Positions 16,173 through 24,243 of a DNA stretch of 31,609 bases are shown here, piece after piece. The DNA is from a virus (Duplodnaviria > Caudoviricetes). The stretch spans positions 1 to 31,609 of the IMG/VR virus record IMGVR_UViG_3300032330_002006, one strand, 5' to 3'. The stretch's first letter is position 1. Each line of letters starts with the position of its first letter. A program made the translations under genes and the position numbers. The notes below the pieces were generated by a model, which was given only the letters and a program-made list of their open reading frames with translations, made no database searches and was not told where the DNA came from.

Positions 16173-16766
16173 ATGAAAAAATTTGCGATAATAATGACAA
16201 CGATTGTTCTATTCACTCTTGCTTCCTGCAAGAATATCTTCACCACACCAACTCTCGTAGAGAGAGGTCCAGATAAGGTCAACAATCCAACCAAGACGAT
16301 GGTTGCGAATGAAACACCTGTTCAGATCCCACAAGGAACTACTGTAAAATCTTGCGGCGAGACACAAGCAACCTTGACAGACGACACTACTGCAAAGACA
16401 AAGGATTTAGTGACAAGCAAGGATGTAGTTCTTCCCAAGAATACAGCAGTTGTTCTCCCAGAAAAGACAGAACTCAAGACCAGTCAACCAACGAATGTAA
16501 ACATCGGTGCATCATCTGAAGTTGTTCTTCCAGCAGGAACCGAAATAACCACACACAAGTTGAATTGGTATGCAGCACTGTTCTATCTGCTTCTGATGGT
16601 TGTCGCTGGGTATTGGTATATGAAAGTCAAGGGAGACAAAGACGACAACCAAGATGGTATTGTTGATGAACCAGCAGCACCTGTTGTCAAGAAACCAAGA
16701 AAAGCAAAAGTGAAAACAGTCGCACCAACCACTCCACCAACAGTTAAGAAGAAATCTCTTTCTTGA
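16173..16766 (+). CDS. Lipoprotein with C-terminal transmembrane helix (unimolecular-spanin-like architecture)
   Basis: Signal MKK+hydrophobic+lipobox LASC; VxLPxxT repeats; TM WYAALFYLLLMVVAGYWYM; basic tail. Confidence 0.65.
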   Translation: MKKFAIIMTTIVLFTLASCKNIFTTPTLVERGPDKVNNPTKTMVANETPVQIPQGTTVKSCGETQATLTDDTTAKTKDLVTSKDVVLPKNTAVVLPEKTELKTSQPTNVNIGASSEVVLPAGTEITTHKLNWYAALFYLLLMVVAGYWYMKVKGDKDDNQDGIVDEPAAPVVKKPRKAKVKTVAPTTPPTVKKKSLS

Positions 16767-17313
16767 ACTTAGTGTAGAGATACTTACAGATATAAAAAGA
16801 ATCAACGATGTCGGAAATTGGATTTCCGACATCTTTCTTTTCTGGACATATCATATCCTTTATTCTCTCACCAGTTTCATCGACAAATGCTTCATACATC
16901 ATTTGCTTGTCTGCGTTTCCCTTGCCCGTTGCGAACTTCTTTATTTCGGATGGTGTGTATATTGATACTGGTATGTTCAACTGATACATCTTGTATTTGA
17001 GAACACCAGTGTTTTCTGCTATATGAAACACTCTACCCTGAGCAGAATATGCATATCCTTCCAGAGCAACCTGATCACAACCTATGACGGTTTCGAGTGC
17101 CCAATCTGCAATCGACTCATACCTCTCCATCTCCATATTCCAATCAATAAAACGCTCACCGAATATGTTTCCATAATTCTTTTCAGTGTATTTCTTTATG
17201 TCTGTAAGGAAATAGAATGTGCAGTTGTCGTAGGTAAATTGCTCACCACCATCCCCGTTGAAAACACATATGGATGGTCCATTCAGTGAGTAATCTATTC
17301 CTGCGATGAGCAT
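16744..17313 (-). CDS. RuvC-like Holliday junction resolvase
   Basis: IAGIDYS, VALEGYAY, KKFATGKGNADK, DIVDS; start at MLIAG with GGAG RBS. Confidence 0.85.
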   Translation of the reverse strand: MLIAGIDYSLNGPSICVFNGDGGEQFTYDNCTFYFLTDIKKYTEKNYGNIFGERFIDWNMEMERYESIADWALETVIGCDQVALEGYAYSAQGRVFHIAENTGVLKYKMYQLNIPVSIYTPSEIKKFATGKGNADKQMMYEAFVDETGERIKDMICPEKKDVGNPISDIVDSFYICKYLYTKFKKEISS

Positions 17314-17326
17314 ACAGTAACTCCAT

Positions 17327-17440
17327 AAAAACACACGCGGGCGCTTGTACGCAAAATGAGTTTTTTGCTAAAACCACTTTATGTGAAGTTAAAGGGTTTT
17401 CATTTTGGTATGTTTAAGCGATCAAAGTCCCGCGTGTGCC
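17327..17440 (-). ncRNA. Candidate structured RNA (~113 nt)
   Basis: Closing helix CACACGCGGG/CCCGCGUGUG, nested helices CAAAAUGA/UCAUUUUG and AAACC-CUUUA/UAAAG-U-GGUUU, 3' U5; begins just after TATAAATA. Confidence 0.6.
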
Positions 17441-17443
17441 CAG

Positions 17444-17451
17444 TATTTATA
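17444..17451 (-). promoter_or_regulatory. Consensus T4 late promoter TATAAATA
   Basis: Exact match, immediately after a terminator. Confidence 0.85.
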
Positions 17452-17453
17452 TG

Positions 17454-17477
17454 AAAACCCCCGCTTTCGCGGGGGTA
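17454..17477 (-). terminator. Intrinsic terminator
   Basis: Minus strand ACCCCCGC-GAAA-GCGGGGGT-TTT after stop at 17485. Confidence 0.85.
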
Positions 17478-17484
17478 TTTCTGA

Positions 17485-17619
17485 TTATTTCTTATTCCAA
17501 GGCAACTTGGAACTGATTAGGTTCCAAACTGGCTGCCCGAACACCGCACCAGCGATGAAGAGCAATACGGAATAACAAACTGTACCTACTGTAGATGAAA
17601 AGAAATTACTAAAGTCCAT
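17485..17619 (-). CDS. 44-aa single-pass membrane protein (absent from ORF track)
   Basis: MDFSNFFSSTVGTVCYSVLLFIAGAVFGQPVWNLISSKLPWNKK; AAGGAGG RBS; own promoter and terminator. Confidence 0.85.
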   Translation of the reverse strand: MDFSNFFSSTVGTVCYSVLLFIAGAVFGQPVWNLISSKLPWNKK

Positions 17620-17637
17620 AATAGACCTCCTTGTTAG

Positions 17638-17644
17638 TATTTAT
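17638..17644 (-). promoter_or_regulatory. Late promoter box ATAAATA
   Basis: Overlaps upstream TAA; precedes AAGGAGG. Confidence 0.7.
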
Positions 17645-17844
17645 GCGTTGAGAGCGTTAAGAGCATTATCAATCTTGGTTTGTTGTCCAATTATCTTGGC
17701 GCCAATAAACTTACAACATACCTTTACATTTGGGTCTTTCTCCCAAAGTGCGGTCTTATCAAGAATATCGACCAAAAACGACAAAGCATTATCTACATTT
17801 ATATCTGGATTGATTTCAAGTGCGATTGGTTCCAATTTATCCAT
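17641..17844 (-). CDS. Hypothetical protein, 67 aa
   Basis: Start moved to MDKLEP, 8-nt overlap with nuclease gene. Confidence 0.65.
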   Translation of the reverse strand: MDKLEPIALEINPDINVDNALSFLVDILDKTALWEKDPNVKVCCKFIGAKIIGQQTKIDNALNALNA

Positions 17845-18229
17845 TTGCTTTTCTCTTTTCTTGTAAAAGTTTAATATCTTTGTTCTTAGTTCCACCATCA
17901 TACGACCAAGCATATCCCTTTTCCACAAGTAAAGTATTTAGACACACACCAGCATCGTTCCTGATCTCTCCAAGCATTCTGCCATACTTATCGTCTTTGG
18001 TGGTCTTTATCGTCAAATTCTTGTTGCTGCTTAACCAATTTTCAACAAAAGCCTTTGCTTCGTTTGCCATCTTTCTCTCGACTTCATCTTTGGCAGTCAT
18101 TTCTGGTGTGTCCACTCCAGAAATACGAATTCTCTGGATTGTGAACATATAGAAACCGACATCAAGCGTCAGATCGACAGTATCACCATCCACTACTTTA
18201 GAAACATTACTAATTCTGTATTCGTACAT
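17837..18229 (-). CDS. Thermonuclease (SNase-like) family nuclease
   Basis: MYEY...KVVDGDTVD...RIRISGVDTPE...DKYGRMLG...LVEKGYA..YDGG; AAGGAG RBS. Confidence 0.92.
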   Translation of the reverse strand: MYEYRISNVSKVVDGDTVDLTLDVGFYMFTIQRIRISGVDTPEMTAKDEVERKMANEAKAFVENWLSSNKNLTIKTTKDDKYGRMLGEIRNDAGVCLNTLLVEKGYAWSYDGGTKNKDIKLLQEKRKANG

Positions 18230-18239
18230 ATATTCTCCT

Positions 18240-20150
18240 TTAGTTTGTAAGATCAACCAGTTCACATCCATCCGCGCTACATGCCATGGTCTGTGAACTC
18301 TTGGTCGTGTCATTCTTCTCGTAATTCTTCAGGATGCTCCAATCAACATCTTTTGGCATCTTCTCAAGAGCAGCAAGGTATTGTTCCTTGGTGCATTCCT
18401 GATATGGTGCTTGCTGATATGAGTGATCGGAATGTGGTAGGAACGAGATGCCACTGATCTCATCAAAGTGATCATAGACCCAAGAACCTACTTGCATCCA
18501 TTCGTGATCCTTTACAGTCACGGTGATTGATGGCTTGTGCTCGCACCAGTTGCGCTGATACTTCAACCACAATTCAAGATGCTCTATTGCTGTCATATCA
18601 TTTCTAGTGATGGAACCTTCTGCTTTCATAGGGAACGAGAACACCATAGTATGATCTGGTTTCATAACACAAGGTTCAGCGGGGAAACCAAGATCAATCA
18701 TCATCTGACACAGTGGATCCTTGCGATCTGCACGGACAGTTCTGATGTAATATTCACTGTGACGAGCGTGGATGCCTGACGCAGCATCTGTCAACTGAGA
18801 TACTGTTCCCGATGGCTTGACGCAGGTGATTGCGGCCGCTTGATTGATCTTCAATCTCTTCGACCAATCCTTATTTGTCTCGATTGCCACTTGCTTCAGA
18901 CCCTGCAAGAACATATCGGAAGGATTTTGCATAATCTTATTGTCAACAATTCCCGTCAGAGAGACACCAAGCAGTGCTTCCTCTTCGCAGTTCTTCTTCC
19001 AATCGCTAGTAAGATAGGGGAAGTTGGTGAGAGATGCTTGCCATGTTCCTAGAATGGATGCTAGACGGATCTTTCGCTTCAGAGATTCCTCTGTGTCATC
19101 TGAACGGATTATAACTTCAGTAAGGTTGCAAAATTCACGGTCGCGTAGAATAATCTCACTGCAAGGATTTGTACCAAACTCATAAGACGAATCTCTGCGA
19201 TCTCCCAACTTGGAAACAGTTCTACGACAAGCATCACGGTTGAAAATGCCGCGTTCTCCACTCTTGCTCTTATAGAGTGACAACCATTCTTCAATAAAGA
19301 CACCAATTTCTGGTTTCTCCTTGTATGCTACGCTGTTGTTTGCGAGTGCTCGCTGCGGATTGTCAGTCCACCACGCGCCAGTCTTAGCATCACGCATTCT
19401 TTCATCGGTGAGATTCGATAGGCTAATAAGAGCAGATCTACGCACTCCTCCGACCACGACAATCTCTGCAATCTTACAGACAATATCGTGGCACTCAATA
19501 GATGTGAGTTTCCTGCCGGCGGCTCTTCGGAAAGTATCACTGGTGAATCGGAAAAGATCTTCGAGAGGTTTAGGACCCGATGCTCTTCCACCGAATGTCT
19601 TGAGGCGCGCGCCAGAAGGACGAACCTTTGAGATGTCCCATCTTGGAACTTGACCTCCAATAAGCAGGGAGATAAGTTCTTTATAAGCCTTAGCCCAACC
19701 AGCCTTACTGTCTTGGACAACGATGATTGTATCTGAGTCAGTAAAGTGTTCAGCGATTGTAGGAAGTTTCTCGACATATTGACGCTCCACACTAAAACCT
19801 ACACCTGTACCACACATCAGGATGTAGAGGATTTCATCGAATGCTCTTACACGATTTACAGCCACATATGAGCAGTTGTAGCCAGCAGTGTTGTCCCTTT
19901 CCAGTGCTTCTCCTGCTGTCATCAAAGCACGCATACTTGGCATGATCTCAAGATTGAGAACTGCTTGCTCAAGTTCATTTCTTAGATCACCCGATAGTAT
20001 AAATTTTTGATTATCCTTGAGGTGTGCCTCGAAGAAATCGAAATAACGCTTCACTGTCTCTTCCCAAGTTTCTCTTCTATTCTCCTTTTCAAGCCATCTT
20101 GAATAACGGGAAAGGTGAATGAAATCTTGGTAAAGTGTAGGTAAACTCAT
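18240..20150 (-). CDS. nrdJ: Class II (adenosylcobalamin-dependent) ribonucleotide reductase
   Basis: RRETWEETV, PSMR, YNCS, GTGVGFS, GGVRRSA, TNPCSEI, FCNLTE, TCVKPSGTVS, C-terminal ACSADGC; no beta-subunit gene adjacent. Confidence 0.93.
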   Translation of the reverse strand: MSLPTLYQDFIHLSRYSRWLEKENRRETWEETVKRYFDFFEAHLKDNQKFILSGDLRNELEQAVLNLEIMPSMRALMTAGEALERDNTAGYNCSYVAVNRVRAFDEILYILMCGTGVGFSVERQYVEKLPTIAEHFTDSDTIIVVQDSKAGWAKAYKELISLLIGGQVPRWDISKVRPSGARLKTFGGRASGPKPLEDLFRFTSDTFRRAAGRKLTSIECHDIVCKIAEIVVVGGVRRSALISLSNLTDERMRDAKTGAWWTDNPQRALANNSVAYKEKPEIGVFIEEWLSLYKSKSGERGIFNRDACRRTVSKLGDRRDSSYEFGTNPCSEIILRDREFCNLTEVIIRSDDTEESLKRKIRLASILGTWQASLTNFPYLTSDWKKNCEEEALLGVSLTGIVDNKIMQNPSDMFLQGLKQVAIETNKDWSKRLKINQAAAITCVKPSGTVSQLTDAASGIHARHSEYYIRTVRADRKDPLCQMMIDLGFPAEPCVMKPDHTMVFSFPMKAEGSITRNDMTAIEHLELWLKYQRNWCEHKPSITVTVKDHEWMQVGSWVYDHFDEISGISFLPHSDHSYQQAPYQECTKEQYLAALEKMPKDVDWSILKNYEKNDTTKSSQTMACSADGCELVDLTN

Positions 20151-20169
20151 AATAACTCCTTTGATGAAT

Positions 20170-20197
20170 ATCATACCACAACCGATTGTGTTGTCAA
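20170..20197 (-). promoter_or_regulatory. Sigma70-type promoter for nrdJ
   Basis: TTGACA-16 nt-TATGAT with TG extended -10, upstream of AAGGAG RBS. Confidence 0.7.
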
Positions 20198-20223
20198 CTG
20201 CTTTTGTGCTTGATATGTAGTGG
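20176..20223 (-). promoter_or_regulatory. Tandem NrdR-box-like sites
   Basis: ACACAATCGGTTGTGG (20191-20176) and CCACTACATATCAAGC (20223-20208), 32 bp apart; both imperfect matches to acaCwAtATaTwGtg. Confidence 0.45.
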
Positions 20224-20448
20224 TTAGAAAGTGCCGCCGTCGAGGTTGTCGTTCACCCATTCTGAACCGTTGTATTTCAGAACTTGATTTGAATTTGGTG
20301 AACTTATAGTAACATCAGACAGATCGGACAAAGCAATATCAACGATAGTACCGCTCTTGACTACCCAAGCAACACCGTTCCATTCCCAAGTGACGGTTCC
20401 TATGCTGTGTATTGTGCCTATAGATGGTGTGTTTGGAAATCCTGCCAT
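20224..20448 (-). CDS. Small fibre-associated structural protein
   Basis: 74 aa; FPxxPS.G...WEWNGVAW and LSDLSDVTISSP...QVLKYNGSEWVN, LDGGTF motifs typical of phage fibre proteins. Confidence 0.75.
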   Translation of the reverse strand: MAGFPNTPSIGTIHSIGTVTWEWNGVAWVVKSGTIVDIALSDLSDVTISSPNSNQVLKYNGSEWVNDNLDGGTF

Positions 20449-20457
20449 GTTAGTTCC

Positions 20458-21672
20458 TTATATGATCTCGAACCAAGAAAGATCCGTAACTATTTTAGTA
20501 TTTGCGGTGGATGCGGCGACCATAATGGTCAATACATCGGATACTCCTGCTTGAGTTCTTCCTAATTGGAAATTGAAGTCATTTGCTTCATTGACGACCA
20601 AGGTTCCACCGTTGTTGATATAACCACCTATGACATCCGTGGCACTACTAAGAGTTGTGGTATTTGTGTGGAGGACATAATCAACATTTCCATTATAATG
20701 GGTTGTCCAAGTTGGAGAAGTCCCACCAAATGTTCCATTCAATACTATTCTGTACTGAGCCCATGTATTCGATGTCACGATAAGGCTGGCATTCGATGGT
20801 ACAATCACCGAATCGAGACGGTTTGAATTTAGACGAATGGATGCTATTGGATAGTATGTGTCGGCATTTGTCAGATTGAAAGGTGTCGTTCCCGAAGAAA
20901 TATTAAATCTTCTGCTGAATCCTTCAAATCCTGCTTCGGACATCACGCTGTTGCATATCTGCTTTGCAGTAGAGGCAGATGCAGTCGCTGCGACATTCTC
21001 TATCTCCATACGCAAAGGCAGAGATGCGGTGGTCATGTATACCGTTGAGCGAAGATTGTCATTATGAAAAGTATGGGCAATCACTGGTCTTCCATCGACT
21101 ATGAAACCAACACGAACATCACCGACACCCAACCATTCTATGTCCATCAGCAGAATGTTTGCCTTGGTAAGGTCAAGAGTTCTTCCGCTAGGACCAGAAC
21201 CGTTGAATTTGTCTCCATTCCAATCCGATTGTGCCACCTTATATGTCGTATCATCTACCGAGCCACTCACATATGTCCTCAGAACGAGATATACCGTATT
21301 GTTTGTCTGCTCAAGATATATTCCATTTTGCATTCCAAAAAAACCAATCCTCTGTCTGAGGTTTGTCTGTTTTGGTGCAAATACAAATGTTGATAACACC
21401 AATAAAGATTTTCCTGGCTGGTATGGGAACACTCTTTTGGTTTCTCTATATACTTTTGAACCAGAAGCGGTAGTTACTTTAAGATCCAGTGTGCTTTCAT
21501 TTGTCTTAAATTGTGTTGTTCCCCCAGAAGCAGTCAGAGTATCCCACTTGTCGTTTTCCTGATAGCGATGCTGGGAATCGAATAGAGTAAATGGAGTGCT
21601 GACCTTTAGACGAGCAAAAGCATCTATCGCTTCTCCCTTGAATCGTATCTGATCGTTGAACAAGTAACTCAT
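20458..21672 (-). CDS. Putative virion structural protein (beta-rich)
   Basis: DAFARLKVSTPFTLFDS, FPYQPGKS, DIEWLGVG.VR.GF; ATGA overlap at MSYLF. Confidence 0.75.
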   Translation of the reverse strand: MSYLFNDQIRFKGEAIDAFARLKVSTPFTLFDSQHRYQENDKWDTLTASGGTTQFKTNESTLDLKVTTASGSKVYRETKRVFPYQPGKSLLVLSTFVFAPKQTNLRQRIGFFGMQNGIYLEQTNNTVYLVLRTYVSGSVDDTTYKVAQSDWNGDKFNGSGPSGRTLDLTKANILLMDIEWLGVGDVRVGFIVDGRPVIAHTFHNDNLRSTVYMTTASLPLRMEIENVAATASASTAKQICNSVMSEAGFEGFSRRFNISSGTTPFNLTNADTYYPIASIRLNSNRLDSVIVPSNASLIVTSNTWAQYRIVLNGTFGGTSPTWTTHYNGNVDYVLHTNTTTLSSATDVIGGYINNGGTLVVNEANDFNFQLGRTQAGVSDVLTIMVAASTANTKIVTDLSWFEII

Positions 21673-23534
21673 ATTATTCTCCATCCATCTCTATAGATGA
21701 ACTGTAGTGCTGCATTATCTAGATTTATTATTGCCGAATCCTGATTGTCGATGTAATCATTAGTGTTCGATGGAACTATCATAATGTATCTATTAGCATA
21801 TCCTGCATGGCCAGATTCATCCTTCACAGTTACGGTCTTACCAGTTGTAGGATTTGATGGCAAAGTAATGGTGACTATGCCAGGATAGTTCACACCGATA
21901 TAATAATCCAAGGAAGTCGCCTGATATGACGAACTTGTAACTTCAACAGTGTTGAAAGATGGTGAAAGATTGGTAGTCGGTACTACCGAAATTTCCACCC
22001 ACTGGTACGAATCTCCATCGTTGAAGTATGTGAAGTATCTACCTGTTGTGCTGTTGAACCAACGATCACCGTGGGCCGCTGGTGATGGTGGAGATGGTGC
22101 GTAGGTGAATGTGCTTTCTCCAGGCGGACCCTGATCGCCAGTGTCTCCCTTCGGACCTTGAACTCCCGTATCGCCCTTTATACCAGTAATCTCTACCCAC
22201 TGGTATGAATCACCGTCATTCATATAGACCAAATAACGACCAGTTGTACTGTCAAACCAACGATCACCGTGTGCAGCACCTACTGGTGCTGTTGGACCAT
22301 ATGTGAATGTGCTTTCACCTGCTGGACCCTGTGGTCCCGTGTCTCCAGTATCTCCTTTTGGACCCTGAGGACCTGGTGGACCCTGCTCACCAGTTCCCCC
22401 ACCTCCACCGCCGCCAGTTCCAAGAGCAGTGACAGTTATGTTGTTTTTATTTACATCTACAGTAAAACCATCTGCAAAGTTTATATTGCGAAGGTTCTTT
22501 ACTATCTTCTGTCCATCCTTGAATACAGAAACATTACCACCACCACCGCTTTGAGTGGTATATGCGGAACTCAACTTATCCTCTATGAACTTTGTCTCTA
22601 ACTTTAGTTCCTTTGTTTCCTTGTCGTAGAGGAGTGGAAACGATGCTTCTAGTATCGCGTCTTTGCCAGCAGGTCCAGCAGGTCCAACCGCACCCGCTGG
22701 CCCCATAGGACCGATCTCGCCACGAGAACCCACAGGACCTTGAATACCTTGTTCGCCGCGTTCGCCCCTCTCTCCGCGGTCACCACGATCTCCCTTTGCT
22801 CCTTGTGGTCCAACTGCACCTTCAGGGCCTCTCTTTCCTTGCGGGCCAGGTATTCCCTGATCTCCTTTCTCGCCAGCGACACCCTGAGGTCCGATTGGAC
22901 CCCGTTCTCCCCCAATTCCTTGTGGGCCTTGGGGACCGATTTCTCCGCGTTGTCCTTGCTCACCTCGGTCTCCCTTCTCCCCCTTATTGCCTTGGGGGCC
23001 TGGTTCGCCTTTGTCACCCTTTTCCCCTTGCGGGCCAGCAACACCGTCGAGTCCATTCTGACCAGGATCACCTTTATCTCCCTTCTCACCCTTTGCGCCT
23101 TGAGATCCTTCTGGTCCCATCATTCCACGAGGACCAGTTTCTCCCTTTTCGCCTTTCTCACCTCTTTGTCCAGAAATGCTTTTTACGATTGGTTGTTCTG
23201 TTATAACAACTTTATTTTCTTCATTATCCACTACCGTAAGTGGAATGTCGGCATCTCTTGCTTCCATAAGAGCATCTATGATGCTCTGCTTCTTATCCAC
23301 ACCACCTATGATCTTTACACATCTATTGTTCTTTTCATCCAAGAAATGAAATTCACCCTGACCACGCAGTTTTATTCTATAGACGGGAAATTCATTTGCC
23401 AGTTCTGCTGTGCAATATGCTAATACCGTTCCTTCTTCTAGATCGCCAATAGTATGGGTGGTGGTGAATTCGTCACCATAACGAACCAAACCACGCCGCA
23501 AAGGAATATCAGTACCACCGTATTTTCTGGACAT
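21669..23534 (-). CDS. Collagen-repeat fibre protein
   Basis: 621 aa; long Gly-X-Y tracts; two copies of STFTY.P..P..AAHGDRWF.STTGRY..Y.NDGDSYQWVEI; C-terminal YYIGVN...TITLP...VKDESG. Confidence 0.9.
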   Translation of the reverse strand: MSRKYGGTDIPLRRGLVRYGDEFTTTHTIGDLEEGTVLAYCTAELANEFPVYRIKLRGQGEFHFLDEKNNRCVKIIGGVDKKQSIIDALMEARDADIPLTVVDNEENKVVITEQPIVKSISGQRGEKGEKGETGPRGMMGPEGSQGAKGEKGDKGDPGQNGLDGVAGPQGEKGDKGEPGPQGNKGEKGDRGEQGQRGEIGPQGPQGIGGERGPIGPQGVAGEKGDQGIPGPQGKRGPEGAVGPQGAKGDRGDRGERGERGEQGIQGPVGSRGEIGPMGPAGAVGPAGPAGKDAILEASFPLLYDKETKELKLETKFIEDKLSSAYTTQSGGGGNVSVFKDGQKIVKNLRNINFADGFTVDVNKNNITVTALGTGGGGGGGTGEQGPPGPQGPKGDTGDTGPQGPAGESTFTYGPTAPVGAAHGDRWFDSTTGRYLVYMNDGDSYQWVEITGIKGDTGVQGPKGDTGDQGPPGESTFTYAPSPPSPAAHGDRWFNSTTGRYFTYFNDGDSYQWVEISVVPTTNLSPSFNTVEVTSSSYQATSLDYYIGVNYPGIVTITLPSNPTTGKTVTVKDESGHAGYANRYIMIVPSNTNDYIDNQDSAIINLDNAALQFIYRDGWRII

Positions 23535-23541
23535 ATACTGT

Positions 23542-23548
23542 TATTTAT
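23542..23548 (-). promoter_or_regulatory. Late promoter box ATAAATA
   Basis: Overlaps thyX stop; only 7 nt before collagen-gene ATG. Confidence 0.65.
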
Positions 23549-24243
23549 GTTATTAGTTGCTCCCAACAAACGGGATAAAGAGGACGAATTATCTCTCCAA
23601 TTGCGTCAGCATACCTCTGAACCTCCCACTGCGCGTGAGCGTCTGTACGCTGCTTATACACGCGGGCAAACGCAGATAGAGATCCTGTCCACCACCACTC
23701 TGTATAGGTTGATTGGGGTAGAATGCTTCTGGCCTGCTCTGGTGCAACTCCAGATGCCAATAGTCCATTATATACCTCTACGCACTTCTCTGCCGTTTCT
23801 CGGAAGCCGTTCATCATAAGAACGGATGGTTCCGTGACAAATCCGCTGCTTCCCTGTTTGGCTCCGTCCACAGGAGCGTTTCGCCATATTGGAGTGTAGA
23901 ACTGGGGTTCCTCCACGACATATCTGCGAGACACTTCGTTCTCCACAAACCCTACCTTGTGCTTGAAAAGTTGGGTTCTGACGAATATCGGTGCTTTGAT
24001 ACGCAGGGTGATCTGCGGGTGAGCGAATGGTGTCCAGTGATTGTGCTTTGCCAAGTAACGAATCAACTTGGTGTCTTTGTCTGACAGTTTTCGTTCTCTT
24101 GCACCTGTCCAGTTTGGATCACTGTCCCAATCACTTTCCTTGTTGAAGGAAACCCTTGCCGCATTTGCCACGGTAAGATCACTCCCCATATGATCGAGAT
24201 ACTCAACATGACCATGATCCAATACCTTTATACTTTTTTCCAT
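23545..24243 (-). CDS. thyX: Flavin-dependent thymidylate synthase
   Basis: MGSDLTVANAARVSF, HWTPFAH, NEVSRRY, APEQARSILPQ, HAQWE. Confidence 0.96.
   Translation of the reverse strand: MEKSIKVLDHGHVEYLDHMGSDLTVANAARVSFNKESDWDSDPNWTGARERKLSDKDTKLIRYLAKHNHWTPFAHPQITLRIKAPIFVRTQLFKHKVGFVENEVSRRYVVEEPQFYTPIWRNAPVDGAKQGSSGFVTEPSVLMMNGFRETAEKCVEVYNGLLASGVAPEQARSILPQSTYTEWWWTGSLSAFARVYKQRTDAHAQWEVQRYADAIGEIIRPLYPVCWEQLIT

Noticed and set aside
17327-17440. Structured RNA as tRNA, SRP 4.5S RNA or plain terminator
   Set aside because: No cloverleaf or TTCGA arm, no SRP helix-8 GNRA/AGCAG motif, and the closing helix encloses ~85 nt, too long for a simple terminator hairpin
22120-23170. GC-rich periodic DNA
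   Set aside because: Explained by Gly-X-Y collagen codons
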